A program made the translations under genes and the position numbers. The notes below the pieces were generated by a model that made no database searches, had not been told where the DNA came from, and worked only from the letters and a program-made list of their open reading frames with translations. A stretch of 63,295 bases of DNA from Octopus bimaculoides (Eukaryota): assembly GCF_001194135.2 (NCBI RefSeq), contig NC_068984.1, forward strand, positions 31,911,953 through 31,975,247. The letters run 5' to 3'. Within the stretch, counting starts at the first letter, position 1. The number at the start of each line of letters is the position of its first letter. This document shows, piece after piece, positions 41,747 to 54,974 of the stretch.

Positions 41747-43216
41747 TAGGCATATGATGCACACACATGAGTGGCTATGCTTGTGTATGTGAATATGAAG
41801 AGGAGAAAGTGAAGGAGTGAGATAGAAAGACTGAAAATTAACAGTCATTCTTTTGGCAGCCAATTGTAATGAAATTGCAATATATTTGTTGACAGCAATT
41901 AGAATTAATAAATTGCAAATATCTAAAAGCAAAACAAAATCAAACAATATATGAAACAAATAAACTAGAAAATAAATATTAACAAAGCTAAGCCCATACA
42001 TTTAACATATTGTCACTGTCCTGTCATTTTGATGACTTACAAAACAAATTTGTATTTTAAAAATAGTCAAATCCTTTGCTTTTGCTATTAACCTTTTCAC
42101 AGAATTTCCTATATTTTAATATAGCTCCTATTTCATCAATTAGAAGAAGATTGTCATTCCAATGAAATTAATTGATTTTAGACGTCGTTTTACACTTTGT
42201 GTTCATCCTTTCTCTGAGGCTGCTTATGTATATGTATTTATTTATTTATGTATTTATTGATAATCACTAAATCACCAATGTAATCATTGGCTGTAAATCA
42301 TTTTAATTTATTTCTTTGACTTTAAAAGCACAAAAAATGTATTTCTCTTGTCAAAAAACTATTTCTGTTTATTTTTTCCTTTTTAATTTTATTATTATTA
42401 TTTGTTTTGTTTTCCCTTCATATTTTATTTCTTTGCATCATAAATAGTTTGGTTGTTTTCGCTGATTATATTTCTTAATTTAAGTAGTTCTGAAATTCAA
42501 ACTCCCACCATAATTCCAAAGAAACTTGTATAATTTTATTCTTTGTTATTGACAAGTTAAAATGTTAAAAATAACCTTAACAAATACGTTTATTGTTTTT
42601 ACCTTAGCAAATATATTTATTGTCTTCTTGTGAATGTCACTGTTGACATCTGTTTCAATTATTGCTTGAAACTGGCATTCTCTTTGCTAATGCATGTAGG
42701 AAGAGAAAAATTAAATCATTTGAGGAAAAAACTATCATATTCTTTTATTTTTACTATTTTATATTCACTTTTTCAAAATAATTTTGGTACAATGGCTTTG
42801 TTTTTTTTCTTTTTTTACATTTTTATTAATTTAGTTATTTGCATATTCCTATTACTATTGGGGTTTTATGCAGCTAGATTCTTTTCTTACCACATGTTAG
42901 AGAGTGACAGGGGCAATGCATTACATAACCAACTGGGTCTCTAGGGCATGCATAACTGTTTTGTTTTCAAGATGTAATGAGCATGACTTTTATTAATTCA
43001 ACAATTCGACCATATTTAGAATGCTGTATAGATCTATTTATGTATCTTCAGTATTTGACTAGTAAATTATTATATAAATACTGTAAAGAAAGCCAAAGAT
43101 GACTTTGGTAGGATATGAATTCAGTATTTAAAAAGTAATAGCTACATGTCTCAGTAAATTTGCTTGTCATTGTAAGGATTCAAAACAATCCAATCAAATA
43201 CAGCTTGTTTTGATTC

Positions 43217-43252
<36 letters not shown>

Positions 43253-43265
43253 ATGTATGTATGTA

Positions 43266-43315
<50 letters not shown>

Positions 43316-43954
43316 GTGTGTGTTTGTATATATATATATATATTAAACTTTGACCAGTTTGTAGAATGTATAAAAACAACTTTCAGGAACAATAGTAATT
43401 TATTGGTGCAGAAGGTTATCTTATAGCTGTAAAATGTTATCTTATAGTTCATGGTTAGCAAGTAGGATTGCTATGCATGTAAATAAAAATCTAAACTCAG
43501 GGAATGGAACAGGTAAGGCTTTTTGCCACATGTTATCCCTTCAGGTACCAAAATTGGAGACATATATGGTTAGGTGAGACTGGAATGCAACATATGGAGC
43601 TCATTGATCTTCTTTATATTCATGTTTGGGTTGGCCGAGGGAATATGGCAACATCAGACAGACAAGGTCTTGATGAGAAGGTAGGGGCATCTAACAGTAG
43701 GGTCAGTTCATTTGAAACTTATACTAGACGAGAAGTTTGATTTGATTCTCATATGACGTTGCGGTGCTCGTACCTACCATTCCTTTAGTAAGTAAATTAT
43801 AACGTGAATATATACATACATGTGTTTGTAGTGCAACATGTTCAACAGTTACACTATTGTGCGGTGATGAGGAACAAACACACACACACCATAGAAACCG
43901 GGCCCATGAGCCTTGCTAGGCTTTAAACAGGGCGCATAAAAATAAAAAAGATAA

Positions 43955-43994
<40 letters not shown>

Positions 43995-43995
<1 letters not shown>

Positions 43996-44128
43996 CGATG
44001 GGCATTTTTCAGTTCCCACCTACCAAATCCATTCACAAACTTTCGTCTACTCGAGGTGCCATGCAGAAGGACTGAACCAAGTACATTGTTGTTGGGAAGC
44101 AAGCTTCTTACCACACAGCTACACCTGC
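43995..44128 (-). mobile_element. SINE family A, 5' half with internal deletion
   Basis: ctaccaaatccattcac...gaggtgccatgcag...gcaagcttcttaccacacagc. Confidence 0.8.
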
Positions 44129-44399
44129 AACATTTAAAAAAATACATTCAGATGATATCAAACCAGTCACCTTCTAAAAAACCTTCTAAGTCATTTGAGT
44201 CTACAGTACGTATGAATGATTTCCTGACATGTGCTGCTAATCTGAAATATTACAAGAGGCATTCATCTGGTAAAACAACATGGCACTACTGGAATTTTCA
44301 GAATATATCTAGCAATCTAATATTAATGCCAGAAATATTTTCTAAGACTTTTATATTGATACTAACTTCTTAACTCTCAATAAATATGCCTCTGTAAAG

Positions 44400-44570
44400 G
44401 AAAGAACCCTGCTCAAAGTTCACTCATTAATATATTTAGCTGTGATCCGCTGAGGTCGACTTTGCCTTTCCCCCCTTTCTGAGTCAATAAAATGAGCACT
44501 AGCTGAGCACTGAGGTCGATGTAAACAATTTAGCCCCTTCTCCAAAATTGCTTGCCTTGTGCTGAACTTT
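44400..44570 (+). mobile_element. tRNA-derived SINE family C
   Basis: gctgaggtcgactttgcctttc...gagcactgaggtcgatgtaa; degenerate copies at ~12055-12175(-), 48330-48420(+) and 56170-56370(+). Confidence 0.75.
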
Positions 44571-46439
44571 GAAACCAATACGTATAATTGTGGCATTTGT
44601 GCTCTTTACCTTTTGCATATGACGGGAAACAGTTATATACATATCTATAAAAACACACTTACGTGTAAGTAAATATGTTTCTATGCACTCATATGCATAT
44701 TTGGAAAATTTAGGGAAGGAATTCCAAACATGGAATGAAAGCGTGGAATTGAAAAATATCAAAATAAACTTACCAAAGATAAGTGCTTAGGTAGGAAATA
44801 CTCTACTTTCATTTGGGAAGTAGTCAAGCCCGATATATAGAAAATAAGTTGGTAGAAACATCCATAAGTTATAATACTCTAAATTATTGATGCGCAAGTC
44901 ATGTAGTGAGATCCTTCTCTCTTTGTTTGTTTGTTTCTCATTTTTTCCATTGCTTTTATCGCGTATTTTATTTACTGTTTTTTTTCTCTTTCCAATGACA
45001 ACTATGTCGATCAAACTAGGACCAAAATAATCTACATTAAGTTAAGGATCAATCTATTTAGTATATTTCTTCTTCATGTAAATGTGGTCATGTTGACATG
45101 TTAACATTTGAGTAAAAGGGAAACTTAAAATAAAGAAAAAGGAACAGTTAGGCTAAGCAATTGTATTTTATGCAGATTTTCTTTCTTCTTAATTCAAAAC
45201 TAATGTAGAAATATATGCTTCTAATTGCTCTGCAGATATTTAAAGCTAACTATCCTACAACAATGAAGTTTATTTGCCAACACAACGTGGCAGTCCTACA
45301 CAGGATGATGTTATACTTTTTATCCCCAAGGAAACATCTTTTCCAGCTGGCTACCAACACATGATCTTTGTCCGAAGTGGGTCATGACAACTAAAAACGC
45401 TAACAGTCCTCACCTTACGGTTCACCACAGTTGAGTAATCTTTTAAAAATGTATTGTTGAGATTATTTTGACCTTACCAAATACATATTTAAACCATTGA
45501 TACAAAAACAGAAATATCATATGAATTGTCGATTTTTTAAAGCAGGTACAATTCAATTACATCAGATGTTTGAGAAATAGAACAACAAACTCATGCTCAC
45601 AAGCATAAAGAAGGATGTTTTAATATTGGAACATACTGCAGACACTGCAAAAACTTCAAAATAATCTACTGTGGTAAAAATGGGAAAGAAACATTCAAGT
45701 TGGAAATGGAACATACAAAAGGACAAACTAAATAAAAAAACAGAAAGATATGGACTATATTCGTAAGTTAAAGGGATAAAAACATTGAAATGTTGCTATG
45801 AACAAAAAACTGGGAATACATATAAAAGAAGTGCAACTTCTTGAACAAGTTGACACGCAAATTTTCCAAACTAATAAGGATCAGTACCAAATGAGGAAAA
45901 TAAAATCAGAATAAAACTTACTCCCAAGGAATTTGAATCTGAAATCAACTTAATCTGACTCCTAATATTGAAACTCAGAAATATCTTTGACAAATGTGAT
46001 GTCGTGAAACAGGAATAAATTGCTAAATAAACGAATGAAAAGAGAAAAAAATATATTAGAATTAGAGGGAATGATGTACAAAAGAAGCAAAATCAAACAG
46101 ATTGAACCGAATAAATTGTGGTTAGTCGAGTACGAAAATAATTACCGAAAAGAAGTAGTGAAAAGTAAGTCAAGATACAAAAAGAAATTTGACAATACAA
46201 AAAATTAAAACTCCTTTTGAAATCGTTCAAGATACAGATCAAAAAGGAACCAAAGAACTATGACAAGTAATATCCATTCATACGTAGACGAAGTCAAGAA
46301 AGGATAGAAAGTCAATAATTCATAACAAGGAGAGCACACTATAAAAAAAGCAATTCTTCCGTAGCTTGTTTATGAACAATATCAATGAAAGAATATGACA
46401 TAATAGCAGGACATGCCAAGTGAGATTATATCAATCGGT

Positions 46440-47330
46440 TTCAAACAAACCAGTAAACTAAGGAAGGTGGTATAATAATACTACTAGACACATCAGTAAC
46501 TTGGAACAATCTTTCCGAGATATTAGTACAGAGATAAAAGGGAAGAATGGATTGTGAAGCAAAAATTGCTTGTTAGAGATCGTCAGTTTCAAGCATAAAT
46601 AACTTGAATTTGAACCATCTCGAGATTTAATTCAAATGATCTGGTTAGGTATAGTGAGGAATTTTGTTGTAAATTTCAATTACGTGAAATCTTCCTGTTA
46701 GAATGAGAGTAATTCATTACTTTTGTGCGATGAACAGAAAAAAATATTTAGAGGAATCTCAAAATATAATCAAACTGAAATAGTGCAACACATATAAAAA
46801 CAAATACTGAAAAATTCAAATAAGACTTTGAAACATCTACTGAATGAATTCTCTCTCTATATTAATTGATGAATCTTACAAAGCATGAGCATTTGAATTA
46901 ATAATGGACACGATCCATTGTAGGGAAATTGTCTTCAATTAAATAATGAGCATTGACGTTTCTGAAAAATAAAACATAAAATTAAATTCTCACACAGATG
47001 ACGAACAATGATCAAAACTGGTAAATAAATGGAAAATGCTTAAATAATTTAAATGGAAAAGAATTGGATTGCTTAAATAATTTCAAGGTGAAAACAAGCA
47101 AGTTTTATTAATTGTCAAAAATTCCATAATTGTGAGAAAATTCATAATCGTGAGAAAATTCATAAAAGTATTAAAGATCTTCATATGATATACGAAGGAT
47201 TTCAAAACTATCAGATTTAAAATTATGCCCAATTGTTGCAGGATCGGCATTGAGTCACTTACAATTAAACAAATTATTGAATATTATATCGAAAATATTA
47301 TGAAAATTGGTTGCCAGAGATAAAATGGTC
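46440..47330 (+). mobile_element. Degenerate Penelope-like RT N-terminal fragment (type B)
   Basis: KEGGIIILLD (46460-46489; cf. DKGGAVVIMD) and DLKLCPIVAG...LNII.K (from 47214; cf. LKLRPIVAG). Confidence 0.6.
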
Positions 47331-49074
47331 TGTTTAAATTACATAACTGAGTATATATGAAAACCGAGCAGAGTTTTGACGTGACCAGTCACTACAAAAA
47401 AGTCATTTGACATAAATTAGAAATGGAGGTGATTGAATGATTGAATTCTGAACTGCACACTCTCATAAGATGCACTCTTACTTTGCAAACATATTTTGTA
47501 GTACACGTAAATTTGACATAGATGTTTGTGTACTTTTTGAAAGATAGCTTAAAGTGGTTTTGTACGGGAAAGTGTATTAGTCATATAAACTAATCTATTA
47601 TGCGAGTTCTTTATTTCAACTTTATTTCTTCTCAGATCAACTGTATATCTGCTTTTACCTTGGTCAATAGAATTGCATACAGGATGTGAAACTAGTGTTT
47701 CTGGCTACGTTGTTTATGTACCCACAATCAACTAATAAAGAGGTTCGCCACTGTTATGGCTTTGTTGTCATCCACTCATTGAAAATATCTGAGAATTGAA
47801 TGAAAATTTAATATACCTTGCATTTTTCTTGCAGAATCTTTCATTTGGACAAATAAACAAATGTTTCTTAAAAGTAATAGAGCTATCAGATAATTATCAG
47901 GTGTGGGTTACATATACTAGGAAAGGAGATATAATGAAATTATCTGGCCTCTCCTCATAAGTGCTGACATACCAACAGCAATGTTTCGTATGTTTGTAAT
48001 AACAAGCGGTGATGTTTGGGTTTGTTTTTAGTATTTCTTTGTAAGTAACAACTATTGTGTCGAACGGTCTTATGTTCATCCAGTCCCGAGCGTACAACGT
48101 CCATCTGCGACACAGTTGCATTAGACGGCAAGGCAGTTTTTGAATGCATTTAAGAATTTAAAACAATGCGCGTCTTATACGCCAGCAAATATTGTGCTTC
48201 AGTAGAGAATTTCAAACTAAAAGAAAAATCATTGGTGAAAGGTTTAGTCTGATGCCAGAAAATAAATTTTTATACAATCTGAACTGAGGAATTGGCGAAG
48301 ACATTAGAATATTGAATAAAATGTCTTATGATTTTTGACTAGAGTGGCTATATTCTGAGATCTAATACTACTGAGGCCAATTTTGCCTTTAATCTGTTCG
48401 GGGTCGATAAAAACAGTTCCAATGCAGGGTGGTGGATTAGCGAGTCTAAACGTTTGGGACCGAGTGACTTGTGATGTCCATCTTGATTCTTTGTCTCTTC
48501 ACAGTCTTAGTTCAAATGCTGCCGTAGTCAACATGTGTGGTACTTTTAATTCCTCTATCCGTTTAACACTTTCACTTGGCACGCTGGGTAACCTTTGTTG
48601 TGTCCAATCTGTTGCAAGAATTTAGACCAGACCTTCGGTTTGAGGATACCATCCTCCTTTTCTTCTACAATAACTGGAGGCTCGGTAAAATGTCAAAAGT
48701 ACAATTTCCCTCCCCGTAGAAGGAAAGAAATAGAAAAGGACAGCAATGAGAACAAAAGCAGCCCTTTTCCAAATTTTGTGACACTAGTGTTAGTATTTAT
48801 ATAAGAAAATAAAAATGATTTGGTCTGACATTATTAATCTTTTTTTTTTCTTTATCAGAGTTTAGAAACTTATTTAAAAGAAAACTGGAAAGGACGCTTC
48901 GATAATAATTATAATTTTTAATAAAAATGAAGGAACTTACAAGATTCTAAAAACTAGTTAATAAAATTAATGAGCTCGATAAATTCACAATGGAAATATT
49001 AGAAAGGAATCTTCAATTTTCGGACATTCAATTAAATAAAATGAAATTAAAGCAAACATTCTCTGCTATCTTTT

Positions 49075-49276
49075 ATCTCTTACCCCTTTCAGTCATTGGA
49101 TTGTGTTTTCAAGGGTTCAGTCGAACAAATGAACCCCAGTACTTACTTTTAAGCTCAGTACTTATTATATAGGTTTCTTCTTAGAAAACTGCTAAGTTGC
49201 GGGTACCTAAACAAACCAACATCAATCGTCAAAGTGTAGCAGGTGACAAACATAGAAACACATACACACACACACA

Positions 49277-49332
<56 letters not shown>

Positions 49333-49502
49333 AACACACACACACACACATATTTGACAAGCTTATTTTCAGTTTTTGTCTACCAAATCCACTCACAAGG
49401 TTTCAGTCGACCTGTGCTAATAGTAGAATTCATCTACCTAAATGCCAGGCAGTGACACTGAATTATGGCTGTGAAGTAAACTTCTTACCACACACCCACG
49501 CT
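49075..49502 (-). mobile_element. SINE family A, near full length, old
   Basis: Both halves recognisable around a (CA)/(CT)n core. Confidence 0.8.
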
Positions 49503-50157
49503 TGCACTAATAAAGAAAACAACCAGGTATACACCAGTTTGTAAATTTTAGACCTTGCTATCCATCCCATACAAAGTATTATCTCGTTTAAAATAGCATG
49601 GCATATGTACAAGACATAGATTTAACTTGACAAATAAGACCAGTTGAAGAGCCTTAAAAATTTCTTCGGAGCGAAAATGTTGAACGACAATGTAAATAGC
49701 ACCATACCAAGACAAAACAATCACAATTCATGATTTAATAAGAAACTTATAGTGAAAAGAAGGGAATGCATAATTATATCTTCAAATCCTCTATCAGCCA
49801 AAAAATATGAGCAATATTAAAGAATGAAATTATTAGCATTAAAAAACTTCTAACAAAAGCCGCAATTAGGCCAGAAGAACAAATAATGCGTATACAGTAT
49901 GTGTGAGCTTATGGAATATGGTTGGATTATAAAATTCAAGAAAAATCAAAATATTTTAGAAGTCAGTGTAAATAAGACTTGCAGGGCAAATAATAGTAAT
50001 AATAATAATTGCATGTGCCTGGTGTACCCTTATCAGACGGGTAGTCATGATGGGTATTCTGGGCTTCGTATATTTTACCCCAGTGTCACTTTGATGGCAT
50101 GCCCTGCTCTCTCACTCAATAATAATAATAATAATAATAACAATAATAATAATAATA

Positions 50158-50740
50158 GAGTCAAAATTAAAAGAAGAGTGCCATTTGTTATCTTGTGAAC
50201 AATATTTCGACATCTCGCGTGTCTTCAACTGGTTAATTTTGACTCTATATCTTCAGGAGGAGTTACCTCAATCCTTTCTATATTAACCAAAATGAAGTAG
50301 ATTGACAAANNNNNNNNNNNNNNNNNNNNNNNNNNNNNNNNNNNNNNNNNNNNNNNNNNNNNNNNNNNNNNNNNNNNNNNNNNNNNNNNNNNNNNNNNNN
50401 NNNNNNNNNNNNNNNNNNNNNNNNNNNNNNNNNNNNNNNNNNNNNNNNNNNNNNNNNNNNNNNNNNNNNNNNNNNNNNNNNNNNNNNNNNNNNNNGAAAT
50501 ATTGTTCACAAGATAACAAATGGCACTCTTCTTATAATTTTGACTCTATATCTTCAGGAAGAGTTACCTCAATCCTTTCTATATTAATCAAAATGAAGTA
50601 GATTGACAAATTTATTTTTTTAACCAGTTGAAGACACGAGAGATGTCGAAATATTGTTCACAAGATAACAAATGGCACTCTTCTTTCAATTTTGACTCTA
50701 TATCTTCAGGAGGAGTTACCTCAATCCTTTCTATATTAAC
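50158..50740. repeat. 152-bp tandem array with an inverted first segment, spanning a gap
   Basis: gaaatattg at 50496 and 50648; gactctatat at 50241, 50542 and 50694; 50158-50236 is the reverse complement of the unit's other half. Confidence 0.9.
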
Positions 50741-52710
50741 AATAATAATAATAAAAGAAGAATAAAATACTGCACTACATGTCTGTACTTTGAAAGGGAC
50801 AAAATCAATATTATTAGAACTAGTTAAGGTGAATATTAGGGATCATGCTTTATGTCCGATCTATCTACTTATGGCAACCAAAAGCATAGTCAAGATCGTC
50901 AATCAAAAATGCTACAAAGATTTTGAAATTTTTGCAAATGGAGAGTTTAAATTTCCACTCTTTTTAAAACAAAGATGAACACTTGTGAGCAGTAGAATAA
51001 CATTTTACAAAGATTTCCTATCCGAAACATTACCGGAAACGAATACTCATAAACGCTACCAAATAGTTACTCTAACTTGATGTCATTGATAACAGTCGTT
51101 ATCACACCAAAATAAGACTGACTGAAAAACCAACATGATGGATAAAAGCGCTGACTATTTTTATTATATTAGTTATCAACTACTGTGTTATTCTGCATTA
51201 GTAACACTTTTTTTACAAACTTTCCGATTGTATCATATATTTTATTTCGTTTGATATCAAATATATATATATATATGTGCACACACACAGACTCATACAT
51301 GCGCACGCACACATGTTTATATACTCACGTGTGCACATGAGAGTTTGTTTATGATTGTATCAAACAAAAATATTCTTCATACAGTCAAAATATTTGAAAA
51401 GAATATTTTAAATAAGGATGCAGATTGACTCTGTACAGATGACTAACATGATAAGAGCTGTCAGCGCTTTCGACCGTAATTTCAACACTTTAGCCAGTAA
51501 TACTACTAGAAAGAAAAATACACCAGTTTTTTAGTATAGCAAAATTTGTTCTAATCATCAACCGTGAACCTGTTGTAACAATGTTCAATGAGTTTCTTTA
51601 TAACGAAAACCCTTTCAACAAATGTTTCAGGATAACGAAATAAAACTAAACACCGAGCATTCAAAAATTTTCAGCTACACCCTAGTCCTATAAAACAAGA
51701 CATACCGTCGATGTAGATTATCCATTGACAAGTGAACAGTTCAATAGTCAGATGCTGTATTAAGACACAGCTCTGTCAGACGAGAGCATAAAATACAAGT
51801 TGTTTGTACCTTTGTTGCAATTTGTGGATCCTTGTGGTTTTCGTCACACTTTCCAATTTTGTTCCATTTGTTTTCAAATTTGGTATATGGATTAAGTTTC
51901 GTAAACTAATTATAAAAATGAAATTAATTTTTCTTATAAATCCATAATTAAAAAGTTATTAGCCGTTAAAACTTGCAAAATTTGGGTATTTTAGCCGATC
52001 AGAAGCGAGTATTTTACACATCACCGTGGCGAAAGGTTCTGTTTTCATAGTAACCAAAGATACTGCACATGCTTACAAAGAGGAGAAGGAGATATGAGAA
52101 AGATAGTCTCCTAACTATAAATGTTTTTCTCCGTCACAACATATGAAAGAGAATGGAAGGGGCGATGGATGAATAAGGAAGGAAACTGGTAGTGGGAGCG
52201 TTTCTGTTCTGTGTGAGTTTATGTGTGTGTATGTAAAAGGGAATTACGTATGTGTGTGTGCAATAGTAATGGGATGGTGAACATTCAACGCTGAAAAGAA
52301 AAATCAAACAGCGTTTCAACTCTGTCTGAGTATAGGTGTGTATGTGTGCGCATGTACAAGGGAAGTAGCAATGTTTTGACATGCCAATACCGCCCCACTT
52401 CCCCTGATGATCGAAGAGGAAGCAAACCCGTTGTTTTCTGATTGGCTGAAAATTCTGAAAATTATAAAACTTTTGAACACTTATAACATTTTTGCAAAAA
52501 TTCTCTGGAATAAATGAATAACAAGTTCGCATGCAGCATCAAAAGTTACATCAATATGATACATTAAAGAAATTTTTAAAGATAACTGTAAACGGTGACG
52601 AAAACCATCGAGATCCCAATTTGTTAGTATTCTTTATGGTTTGAAATATAATGCCCATCGTGTGTGTGAATATATATATATATATATATGTATATGTATA
52701 TATATATATA

Positions 52711-52890
52711 TGACTGCTTGACAACCGGTGTTCGTGTGTTTACATCCCTGTAATGTAGCAATTCGGCAAAAGAGACTGAGAGAATAAGTACCAGACTTTA
52801 AAAATGTACTGGAATCGATTCATTCGACTAAAAATTATTCAAGCCCCAGCATGGCCGCAGCCTAATTCCTGAAACAAGTAATAGATAGAA
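52711..52890 (+). mobile_element. SINE family A, 3' half
   Basis: gcttgacaaccggtg...ttcggcaaaagagac...cagcatggccgcag...gaaacaagt. Confidence 0.8.
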
Positions 52891-53809
52891 GGCAAAAGAA
52901 ACCAAGACAGAATCCAGCCCACATTTTTCATTGCAGCGGTTAGATTAACAACGTATCGAAATTCATTTGTCAATACATTGAGAACAAGTAAGGAAGAAAG
53001 CCTTCAAGCCATGAACAAATTTTTGCTACATGGCTTGAAGCATGCTCCTGCTGTGTTCATGCCGATTTTCTTTTATGTAAACAGAGTTTAAAAAATGTTT
53101 TCCATCTGTATTTCCTTTGTATTTTTTTAGGGATTTAAAAATATTTTGGGAATAATACAAAATAGAATTTATAAGCATTTGTCAGAAAGCAATTAATGTA
53201 TATTGTTGCGATATCATATGGTTTAATAAATAAATATAATTCATTAAGACTTAAGTTATATATTTTGTCACAATACATCAAAAGGTCTAAAACAGTACAA
53301 AAGAAATAACGAGGCCAGCACAAATAAATATTTCACTAAACCTACATTTGATTGAATAGAAAAGATGTTAGAATGACGAGCAGAAGCTACCAAATACTCA
53401 GATAGGATGAACTGACTAGAGGAAGTCACGATGAATACGGTTGGAATACTTTTGCTCTTCCTTATGTGAGGTGATTTCTGAACACGAAAGAAACAGGATA
53501 TTCACGGTTCGAAAATTTGAAAGAGAAACAACTGATTTTATTCTGTTGAATGAATTCACATATACAAACACACACACATACAGAAGCGAAGAGGTGTCAC
53601 TAGAAAAAAAAACAAGTGTTATGTTAATGAGCGTCATTAGCTTACAGCTGTTTCTGCCATTCATAGGTGTTATGAATGAAAATTATATGTTAAATTCTCC
53701 CTCATAACGCCTGCACATTCTGAAAATGTAACTTTCCCAAATAAAGTGCACTTCAGATTCAAGGCTCTGATAAAGCTATACAATGTTATACTGGTACATA
53801 ACGTTTATT

Positions 53810-54480
53810 TTTTTCTGCGTCATCTTTGTTACTATTACCATTCTAATCTCATATAACATTGCGTTCTGGACTATGAGTATATTGAGTTCTACACTAGGTC
53901 CTGGTACTTTACTATATTCTCAATACCTCTCATATTAACTTCTTCATCATTTGAGACTTTAATGTCAATTATCTGGCACTTTCTATTCTCTTTGTCTACT
54001 ACTATTATATCAGGCATTCATGCTTCTTTTACTCTGTTAGTCTGGATTTTAATACCACCCACCATCTTATATTTTTTCTTTTCTGGTACTTTATTAGGTT
54101 CGTGTTCATACCATTTATCAGTTTGGTCAAATCCTAGCTTTCAGCTTAACTCTCATTTGATTATTCCCCATAGATTGTCACGTCTTTCCTTGTATTCTTT
54201 CTGTGTCACCATGCTACGTTCACTTACTATATGAGTAATACATTCCTCTTTTGATTTACATAATCTTCATTGAAAATCTATCGGTTTTTATCTGTCTTGG
54301 CCTTTATCCAGTTCAACGTCAGTGCTTGATTTTGTGCTGCTACTAATAAACTTTCTGTCTCCTTTTTCTGCAACCATAACCATGTCTCTCTATCATTTCC
54401 TGATTCTGTCTGTGAGAATCTACCATGCAAAGCCTTCTCTTCCTAGTCAGATAATCTTACTTCTTTTTTTTCTTCTGGTT
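53810..54480 (+). mobile_element. Degenerate CR1/Jockey-like LINE endonuclease fragment
   Basis: HINFFII*DFNVNY (cf. EI.ILGDFNVHH) and a later SWP/PWF-like remnant. Confidence 0.45.
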
Positions 54481-54519
54481 TTTAACTTCATTTGGTTTTT
54501 TGGTTTCCATATGCACCAG

Positions 54520-54970
54520 TGGAGCACTAAAAGCACTGTCCGAGCGTGTTCATTGTCACAGCAGCCATCTAGCTTCCATGCTAGTGGCCCGTAAATAGCA
54601 CCATTTGAGTGTAGTCGTTACCAGCATCGCCTTCTAGCACTTGTGCTGGTGGCATGTTAGAAAATCATTCGAGCGAGGTCGTTGCCAGTGCTGCTGGACT
54701 GGCTCCCATGCAGGCACGTAAAAAACATATTTTTGAGCGTGGCCGTTCCCAGTACTGTGTTACTGGCCCTCATGCCAGTGGCACGTAAAAGCACCCACTA
54801 CACTCTCGGAGTGATTGGCGTTAGGAAGGCATCCAGCCGTAGAAACTCTGCCAGATCAGATTGGAGCCTGGTGCAGCCTTCTGGCTTGCCAGTCCTCAGT
54901 CAAATCGTCCAACCCATGCTAGCATGGAAAGTGGACGTTAAACGATGATGAAGATGATGATGATGATGAT
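54520..54970 (+). mobile_element. RTE-tailed SINE with multiple ~65-bp internal units
   Basis: Repeated ccagt..tg.t.gactggc.c.c.tgc..g.ggcacgtaaaa; conserved tail ending (gat)n. Confidence 0.9.
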
Positions 54971-54974
54971 ATGT

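Noticed and set aside
50158-50740. CRISPR-like interpretation of the tandem array
   Set aside because: Units are full-length near-identical with no unique spacers, no cas genes are present, and the context is eukaryotic
53430-53465. Signal-peptide-like MNTVGILLLFL|gtgagg
   Set aside because: Very short; the nearest compatible exon candidate gives an early stop
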